A stretch of 60,856 nt of DNA, the filler included, from Collodictyon triciliatum (taxonomy: Eukaryota): the NCBI GenBank assembly GCA_043381765.1. It is 5 parts of 5 records of this genome, joined end to end, with 100 filler letters (N's around TTAATTAATTAA, not from the genome) between each part and the next. Parts side by side here need not be neighbours in the genome. Positions count along the whole stretch, not along the records: positions 37,494 to 52,278 come from JBHJMP010001775.1; positions 52,379 to 60,856 come from JBHJMP010001785.1; 3 more parts are not named here. One strand, given 5' to 3'. Both the position numbers and the translations under genes were made by a program. The stretch's first letter is position 1, and each line of letters opens with the position of its first letter. Shown one piece after another: positions 51,720 through 60,856 of the stretch. A model generated the notes under the pieces. It ran no database searches, had not been told where the DNA came from, and saw only the letters and a list, made by a program, of their open reading frames with translations.

Positions 51720-52278
51720 CTGATGGAAAACACGAGCCGAGATGGGGAGAAGACACAAGTCGCGACCCGTCAAAGGCTTTGCAAGTTGCAGCCGGTTCTT
51801 CTGGTTCCAACACTGGCGCGGAAAAACCCCGAGTTGCACGAAAGTCTAGGAAGACCCGTGCAAGGAAGCCGCCTGCAAGTCTGTCTGAGCGGACAGTATT
51901 TTTGCACGTTGTCGAGCAAGTCGTTTACAACAAGAACAAGGCCCGCAGACTCACAGATGCGCTCGCCTCCTTCTTGAAAGCGAACAAACTTTGGGAAGAG
52001 TCCATACAATTGCGCTTACCGGACAGCGAAGGCCTTTGCCTGATCGCCTTCCGCACTGCAGAAAACGCCCGAAAACTTCTGGAGCTGAAGCAGGTAAGTT
52101 TGATCGATATTACGATCAGCTTCAGCAGAAGTAAACCAACAGAGACCTCGGTGATGCTCTACCAACTACCGCTGGACGTGTGGCCGCAACTCCTTCGTGA
52201 GGAGCTGAAGCCGTTCAGACCGACCCACGTGGAGATCAAAAAGGACAAAGGCTTCTTCACAGACACGGCCGTGGTGAA
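51720..52278 (+). mobile_element. Probable ORF1 (RRM/gag-like) of a non-LTR retrotransposon, cut by scaffold end
   Basis: Intronless GC-rich ORF with a basic N-terminus, LIAFRTAENARKLL and VMLYQLPL...LREELKPF...GFFTDTAVV, resembling L1/Tx1 ORF1 RRM regions. Confidence 0.55.
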
Positions 52279-52378
52279 NNNNNNNNNNNNNNNNNNNNNN
52301 NNNNNNNNNNNNNNNNNNNNNNTTAATTAATTAANNNNNNNNNNNNNNNNNNNNNNNNNNNNNNNNNNNNNNNNNNNN
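52279..52378. other. Artificial scaffold linker
   Basis: N44-TTAATTAATTAA-N44. Confidence 0.97.
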
Positions 52379-52448
<70 letters not shown>

Positions 52449-52818
52449 GTATATTGCTACTTTTGTCTTCATCGTTTGGTTGTCGAGCCCTGAAGCCCTA
52501 CCAAGATTAGAAAAAACAGTGTATTAGAGTGATGTGAAAGGTTCATTGGGGTGATGAAGGTCGGGATGAGCGTTTTTCTGTTGTTTCAAGGAGCACATAT
52601 ATTTTCCGAGTGTGGAAACAGGGTGCTGCTGGCACAGAGAGGCACGGTGGCGCAGTAGGTATTATCTTTGTTTAAATGCTGGGATTTACAGTGTTCGAAC
52701 CTCATTCGATGGAGATACATGTCCCGTCCTTTCCTTACTGGGAATTTATTCTGCATTTCTGCGTTTCTGGTATCAGGGATTCGTTTCTATATGTTTTTAT
52801 TATCATAACCTTGCAAAT

Positions 52819-55430
52819 TTATTGTATAGATCCTCCATGATAGTCTGGTAGGAACGATTTGACTTTAAGGCGGAGCTGCTGCCTCCGGTTTTCTCTTTCT
52901 TTCTCTTCTTTTTCAAGGACTGTAAACATTTTCCACCTTTTGAGATAGTGCTTTGCGACAATTCTACATCAGTATGTGTGTCAAATAAAGACAAAGACAA
53001 ATAGTAAGGCGATTTATTTATGGTTGAATATTTTAAAGGGATTAAAGAGATATAAATTGATGAGCACATATTTTTTTAATTTCGGTCTGGGAAAAATAAT
53101 AACAAGGCTACTCACTCACTCACTCACTCACTCACTCACTCACTCACTCACTCACTCACTCACTCACTCACTCACTCACTCACTCACTCACTCACTCACT
53201 CACTCTTTCACTCTCCATGTTTACCTTCTTGAGATTAAGGCGGCACCCTCCAATGCCTGAATTTCCTTTAGGGCTTTGGACTCAAGAATGCTGCGTGTCT
53301 GATTCAACCACAGAACCCAATGACGTTGGGTAATATTAGTGTTTACCAATCTGATAGCACATGATGCACGGTTACTGGTGTCTTCAGAGGCCTATATTGG
53401 TGGCAAGAAATGCAGGATAAATATTAAGAGATACATTTATTTTGATAGATATCATTATAGGGTTATATGGCACCCATTTCAATGGTCGCACACGGTATCC
53501 TTCAAAAAAAAATTGAACCTTTTTGATTGAAAAGAATATCTTTCGTATCAATCTCATTCTACGGAATGTCAGAGCCATTTCTGTCTGCACGAACTCCTTC
53601 TTCAAAGCGTGTGATCTTTCTTGAATCCAGTAGAATTTCCAGATAGAAAACATACGCTTCCTTAATGCCCTCTGAAACCAAAGGTCCATCATATTGCACT
53701 TATCCTTCTGGTATTCGTGGAATTTCTTCCATTTCATCCAGCATGATTTTATCAAACTTATGTTATAGTGCACCGCTGCCAACTTCACATTATGATGCAT
53801 TATTTCCTTCAGTAATTCCTGATCGGCCTTCACCTGTATAAAATCATGAGGACAATGGAGTGAATTCAGTCATCTCTGAGGCGTAAATTCCTCGGTTAAT
53901 GACATATCGAATTCACCTGTTCTTCGAGTTTTCTTTGTTCTTCCTGTTCTTGTAATCTACGGTGTTTTTCTAAAATGACTTCAAGCCTTCTCTCCTCTTT
54001 CTCTTTTTCCATTCGTTGCTTATGGAATTGTATTCAATTCTTTAATCATATTATATTCCAAACCATTAATTTAATGCAGAAAAATAAAAATCCAGTAGAT
54101 AAAACAATACAAAATGGAAGAGAAAAATAAAAGAGAATAATGGAATAAACAACACAATAAGACAGGGAAATGTCATTTTTTAAGAAAAAGAAATACAAGA
54201 AAAATGTGAAAACAATGTTACCAATAAAAAAAAAATCACCTGCTTCTCCAGTTCAGCAAGTTCATATTTTTTCTTTAAATCGTTTCTCTTCATTTCCCTT
54301 TCTTTCCTTCGTTCTTCCATGGATGCAACTGCTGCCCGACTCCTCTCTTCGTATTATTGTTTTAACCAAGTGATGATATCCGAGAATGGATATGATGTAA
54401 ACCAGGATGCGGTTTTATGTCCATCAATAATTTTTTTATTACTTGATTTATGTTTAATAATATCATGTAAAAGAAACAGGTAATCAACAAAATAAAAAAG
54501 ACCAAAAAAAAACTTAAAAAAGGCCTTCGAATATTCCATATCACTTTTCTTACCAAAGTTCGGATCCGGAGAGAACTGAAGCCGCTCTTTCACAACTTTT
54601 ACAGGTTGTGGAGCACGTTGGATGTGCTCGGTGCGGTGAATGTCTGCTCGGCTGCTGGAAATCAAACGTGGCGAAGGCGATATAGAACGGGGTGGGAAGT
54701 ATGCCCTTTGTTGGCTTGCGGGTGTGGTTGGAGTCACAGACACTCGTCTTGGAGTTCGATTAGATTGAATTAGAGTAGAATCTTGCGATGTTGTTTGAAC
54801 CCTATTCGAGGCTGGGCTTTGATTCAGGGCACCTTTTGCCTGGATAGCCAAAGCATGAACTAATTGATCCATCTTCGACTTCCTGTCCTGATGTTGCTTG
54901 TCAATCAGCTTCTCTTGCTCTATCGATGATAAATGAATAAATATAAATTAATTGAAAGGGAATACATGAATTTATATTAGGACATTACAATAACTTGTCC
55001 AATTAAGAAATAAATCATTTTAAAAAATATGCATTCCTAGGATAAACCATCTCTGCAAGAATGTGCTGAAAAATCAAGTAATTTGAAATAAACGATAAGT
55101 GAGACGGCGAACTTTCTGTCCGAACAAATGTAATCCATTTAATCCAGCTCCTCGATAGGGCTTGTTTCTTGTAAAAATGATAAGCTCGAAGGGCTTTTTG
55201 CTGTTCTTGTTTAATCTCTCTTTCCCTCAAAATAGTCTCTCTTGAAAAAATTAAATATATATTTTAGGGCAAGAGTATGTTTATCTGAAAGTCAATCTTT
55301 CACAAAGGGTTTCCAGTGAAGTTAGGTGCCAATATATCTTAATACCTCTCTGCGATAAGTCGGCGTGTGGCAAATAGCCAGCCATGGAAGGACCTGTGGA
55401 GAACCCTTGTCTGAAAAAAGACCTACGAGC

Positions 55431-55524
<94 letters not shown>

Positions 55525-57740
55525 GAAAAATAAAATCAAGATGAAAAATTATGGACCAGAGTCTAGTTCAATAAGTCTTTGTGTAAATACATACACATGC
55601 TTTGTGGCCTTGTTGGCGGGCATTTTCTGAAAAATGTAGAAGGGTTGTGAATGCTATCTAATGACGAAGAGAAGAATGTCATAAGTAATGTTTTTGCAAT
55701 CATTGCAATCATGCTTTTCTCAATAGAGAATATATTTCAATTCCGTTATCTTTTAGCTATTTGTTTCCGTATATACAGTCTATGAAAAAAATACACTTAA
55801 AAGCACGCACATTTGAGCATCATATAATACATACGCGCAAAATTCTAGAATGGATTCGTTTTTCTCGTCTACATGCTTCTTCACGACCCTTTTGAAGCAA
55901 GAGCTCATTTTTTTGTCTTCTATCTTCATCCAGCCGTCTTTTCTTTTGCTCCTCTTCTTCTTGGCTGTAAGGACGAGAAAAATTGTTCGATATTCAAAAT
56001 ATGTCTAATACTCACAAACTCTCCAATAACTCAAAAAAATGTCATCTCGGAACACCATTTATCTAACAATATTGTTAGTGGCATATTCTAGTTGTTAATA
56101 AAAAAAATATATAATATAGTGATAGGTGCACATGCAATAATACATTTTGAGTCTTGCTAGGCGTAATCTCTCTGTTTCTTTTCTGATTTCCTCTTGAGCA
56201 GCAAGAAGCAAAGCGGCTTCCTCCTTTTTATTTTGGCAAATATACAGGTGAAAAACATTATTATTTTTTTCCAGGAATTATACATTGGGTACACTGATAG
56301 CCTTACGTTTTCTTTAAATAAATGGGGTGTTCAGGTAATAAGATGTATTTCATCCATATTTTTCTGGTCGCAAGCCGAGACAACGTGTACATATTAGGGT
56401 CATACCCGTGCGCGAGCGATATCTTCTAGAGCATCAATTTCCTCTTGTAGTGCTTTTTTCTCCAATTCAAGTAGTTCTTTTCTGACATAAAATAATAAAA
56501 TTTAGACATTCAATTCTGAAATGATATGTGTTCTTTGACTGTATCAATAATCCAAATAGGTTCATGCTGTATCAGAAGACAAGGAATATCATATTCGGTG
56601 AATTCCAACTATTAATATTGATATCCATTCATAAGAAAATGTCGTAGTTGAAACTGCATCGATCGATAAAAGAAAACTGTTCATAAGCCTTTCTCTTTTC
56701 TTCCTCTTTCAATCGTCTTAAATCTTGCTCTTTTCTAAGCTGGATCAACCGATTTTCTTCCATTTGCTGCTCTCGGTGCATTCTCTTCTGCCTAACAGCT
56801 TCTTGTCGCTGCTCCATAGCCACACGTGGGTCATAGTCTAGCGGGACTTTAATTCTATCATGAATCTACCATAAAATATCGTCAATAAAGTAAGTGACAG
56901 AGGTTCGCATTTATAAGTATATGGAAACATAACGATAAAAATAAAAATAAAAATAAAATAAAACTGAATTAAAATAAGATAAAATAAAAATATAATTAGA
57001 ATGACAATGAGAACACGAACACAAATTCGAATAAGGGTAGTCAGATGGATTACTTGAGAGTTATGTGGGAGGTCTTTGGGCACCGTCACTTTTCGATTAA
57101 AGAATTTACGGGCGGCGTCCGATCTAAAATAGATTCAAAGTAGAAAAAGAAGGTATGCAATAAAAGAAATGAACAGAATATTATATTGAATTTTACGGTG
57201 GTGATCTCTATTAGATGGATACAAAACAATTTGAAAATGTGTAATTATAATAACGAACAAATAAAAAATCATAATTTAGTTTCAAGTTTTACTTCCAATA
57301 CAACAACAGACAAAAAAAAATTGACGAGAAACGAAAATAGAACATTACTTCCATTCATGATCCAAACTGATGGGTGCTTTGCTCTTTTCATTCAACTTTT
57401 CCACCCAACTCTTCAGAATGGACTTTGCTGTACATAATTACATAAATAAATAAAATAAAATAACAATCATAATCATAATCACCGATGGAAAAATCATGGG
57501 GAAACGCATTTCCAAAACTCAAATAGAAACGTGTTTTTGTTTGAAATTAATACCTTCTGATTGGTTATGTGGGTCAAGGTCACTGTCATCACTATTATTA
57601 CCCTCATCAAATGATTGGCGTTTAGCCCAATTCTCTGATAGATCAGATTCTTCTTCAGGTAAACTCCAAGGATAAATTTTTACATTCTTACCACCATCAT
57701 CCTTTGAAGCATCTTCCCTCACCAAATGTTCAAAAACACC
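52819..57740 (-). CDS. CCDC191: Coiled-coil domain-containing protein 191-like (Sfi1-like W-repeats), 5'-partial
   Basis: DPRVAMEQRQEAVR, periodic 'WxxW' repeats (SFHGWL, RSWIKWI, SCWMKWK, MFSIWK), C-terminus ERENRRQQLRLKVKSFLPDY. Confidence 0.72.
53111..53205. repeat. (ACTC)n microsatellite, intronic
   Basis: Seen directly. Confidence 0.95.
55431..55523. repeat. (AAT)n microsatellite, intronic
   Basis: Seen directly. Confidence 0.95.
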
Positions 57741-58878
57741 TACATCAATGGATGAGTTCTATATAACCTCAACTTTTTATCCTCGGGCGCTTATAGGCAT
57801 ATCAAGAGACACATATATTATAAAATCAATTCCAAAAAAATCAAATAATCCTAGTGCGAATATAAAATGTCAAAGGTTTGATCGTATAGATAGTTACTAA
57901 AATTAAGCGTGATGAGTCGATATAGAAAATAATAAAACAAAAATAAACAAAAAATAAACAAAAAATNNNNNNNNNNNNNNNNNNNNNNNNNNNNNNNNNN
58001 NNNNNNNNNNNNNNNNNNNNNNNNNNNNNNNNNNNNNNNNNNNNNNNNNNNNNNNNNNNNNNNNNNNNNNNNNNNNNNNNNNNNNNNNNNNNNNNNNNNN
58101 NNNNNNNNNNNNNNNNNNNNNNNNNNNNNNNNNNNNNNNNNNNNNNNNNNNNNNNNNNNNNNNNNNNNNNNNNNNNNNNNNNNNNNNNNNNNNNNNNNNN
58201 NNNNNNNNNNNNNNNNNNNNNNNNNNNNNNNNNNNNNNNNNNNNNNNNNNNNNNNNNNNNNNNNNNNNNNNNNNNNNNNNNNNNNNNNNNNNNNNNNNNN
58301 NNNNNNNNNNNNNNNNNNNNNNNNNNNNNNNNNNNNNNNNNNNNNNNNNNNNNNNNNNNNNNNNNNNNNNNNNNNNNNNNNNNNNNNNNNNNNNNNNNNN
58401 NNNNNNNNNNNNNNNNNNNNNNNNNNNNNNNNNNNNNNNNNNNNNNNNNNNNNNNNNNNNNNNNNNNNNNNNNNNNNNNNNNNNNNNNNNNNNNNNNNNN
58501 NNNNNNNNNNNNNNNNNNNNNNNNNNNNNNNNNNNNNNNNNNNNNNNNNNNNNNNNNNNNNNNNNNNNNNNNNNNNNNNNNNNNNNNNNNNNNNNNNNNN
58601 NNNNNNNNNNNNNNNNNNNNNNNNNNNNNNNNNNNNNNNNNNNNNNNNNNNNNNNNNNNNNNNNNNNNNNNNNNNNNNNNNNNNNNNNNNNNNNNNNNNN
58701 NNNNNNNNNNNNNNNNNNNNNNNNNNNNNNNNNNNNNNNNNNNNNNNNNNNNNNNNNNNNNNNNNNNNNNNNNNNNNNNNNNNNNNNNNNNNNNNNNNNN
58801 NNNNNNNNNNNNNNNNNNNNNNNNNNNNNNNNNNNNNGGGTTTCATGGCAATATGAACAATTAATTTTTCTTTATCAG

Positions 58879-59966
58879 AGGACATCATCTGAACCCAATG
58901 TCTAATGAGAAGCTCAAGCCGTTTATTGCTCGAGCGAGAGGAACATTACTTATAACAACGTGTTTTTTCATCCTTGCAATCGATTTTCCATTAACACCAA
59001 GAATTCATGCAAAATGTGAAACTTACGGAAAATCACTGGTAATGACACCAAGTTAGAAACAAAATACCATGAAATATGTAAGAGCAATAAAAGTAAAATA
59101 AAAGGATCTGAAATATACACCTTTAAGCCCTGTTCACTCATAATGAACCATTCTATCTAAACTAAGCAGCTAGGAATCTCTCTTTGCAATTTTTTAAATG
59201 ACTTGAATTTCATTTCAGATGGATGTGGGAGTAGGATTATTCGTCACATCGAATGGAATTGTTGATCGACGAGAGGATTATGCCAAGAATGCGGAATCGT
59301 TGGTTCAAAGAATCGTTGGGTCGGTGCGTTCCTCTGCGGTTTTAATACTTCTCGGATTTATTCGATTGCTTTCAATTAAATCAATTAATTACCAAGTATG
59401 TTTGTAATTTCATTATTTCGTTGATTGTGAAACATGTTGCATATTTATTCATAATTATGAAAAACAGAAATTTTATTGAATTTAGAATCTAATGGATGTT
59501 ACTAAGCCTATATATTTTTGCCATATCAACATTTCATACATCAGGAACATGTATCTGAGTATGGAGTACATTGGAACTTTTTCTTTACTCTCGCCTTGTT
59601 GAATTTGTATTCATCCTCTACTCGAACAAAACCGTCATATGCTGGCATCTTCGGCGTTCTGCTAATTGTTGGTAGGCAAGATATATTTTTCGAGAATTAT
59701 GGTGATTTTCTTAATGATTTTTAAAAGAATTATTATTGTTATTGTAATAAGAATAATAATAAGAATAAGAATAATAATAAGAATAATAATAAGAAGAATA
59801 ATAAGAAGAATAATAAGAAGAATAATAAGAAGAATAATAAGAAGAATAATAAGAAGAATAATAAGAAGAATAATAAGAAGAATAATAAGAATAATAATAA
59901 GAATAATAAGAATAATAATAAGAATAATAAGAATAATAATAAGAATAAGAATAATAATAAGAATAA

Positions 59967-60024
<58 letters not shown>

Positions 60025-60718
60025 GAAAATAATAATGAAAATTCATCCAGCACTCATTAATTCGATCTATCCCCACTTTAGTGCACCAGATATTATTGAG
60101 CTCTGGATTATCTGACTATGTTGCAACATCGAAGCGTGACAACATCTTTTCAATGAATAAGGAAGGAATTGTCTCACTTACAGGTTCTGCTATTATTTCT
60201 TTATTACATTTTCCTCTTTCATTAATAATTGTAGCACTCTTATCACAAAGCATTGTACTGAATGACGACAGCCATGACCCTCTTTGGGTTAACTTAGGTT
60301 ATATCGGACTTTATGAACTATCGGTTTTTTTCGGGTCCAAATTTCGCCAAAGACACCCGCCTACAAGCTATGCTTCCTTCCTGGCCCAGATGATAGGAAT
60401 TGGACTATCATTCTTTTTTGTGGCTGTACTCATTGAATCATATGTTGAGCCTGTTTCAAGGAAAACGGTTTAATTACATTCTTGAAAATGAAATTCTATC
60501 GTAATTAATGACTTTGTTAGGATATTTTGCATCCATCTCATGGAATTACAGTCTCAACCATACAAATATAATAGATGAATGCTCCTTACGTTTGTGCGAT
60601 ACTATGCTTCCAAATAATACAGCTTTCAATGAACGCACTGGATGACTTATTCGTGCCCCGTAAAAATGAAAGTGTGATACCTTTGTTGGGCAGAAACCAG
60701 TTGGTTCTATTTCTTTTG
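58879..60718 (+). CDS. PIGW: GPI inositol acyltransferase PIG-W/GWT1, partial at both ends
   Basis: ILAIDFP...[61 protein letters not shown]. Confidence 0.93.
59746..60023. repeat. Compound (AAT/AAG) microsatellite in a PIGW intron
   Basis: Seen directly. Confidence 0.93.
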
Positions 60719-60856
60719 GTGAGTATGATAACTTATTTTTGTAATCACCTTCTTTCAACACCCCCCCCCCCCCCCCCCCCCCCCTCTCCATTATCACTCT
60801 AACGACCCCACTAACAATACCCTTCCACCTCTCGCTTACTTTATCTACTTTTTTTT

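Noticed and set aside
43925-58837. Long ORFs at 43657-44540 and 57851-58888
   Set aside because: They are open only because they cross N gaps (43925-44304 and 57967-58837).

Overview
Eukaryotic, AT-rich, intron-dense and microsatellite-rich DNA. It is five unrelated scaffolds joined by artificial 100-nt N44-TTAATTAATTAA-N44 linkers (7628-7727, 22516-22615, 37394-37493, 52279-52378), so synteny cannot be read across linkers. Host genes: a ~1410-aa LRR protein with an RGG-rich N-terminus, NAA60, CFAP20, a TMEM104-like amino-acid transporter, cystinosin, glutathione reductase, a TRIP12/UPL3-type HECT E3, SCYL2, a PLOD-like glycosyltransferase, CCDC191 and PIGW. Two clear U12 (minor-spliceosome) introns are present, one AT-AC and one GT-AG, plus a third U12 donor. 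The main find is two diverged copies, on different scaffolds, of a ~2.5-kb transposase-less element carrying a decayed Fanzor1 (eukaryotic TnpB-like RNA-guided RuvC nuclease): ~8002-10522 (+) and ~45730-48238 (-). Comparing them shows a shared sharp left end and a three-hairpin omegaRNA-like scaffold whose substitutions retain G-U pairing. A variable 23/6-nt segment follows, then a second shared block CTAG|TAAATAA that suggests a Helitron-like 3' end and a preferred target AAACAA^TAAATAA. Copy 2 lies in an island of non-LTR retrotransposon fragments. All calls were made by eye; no searches were run.
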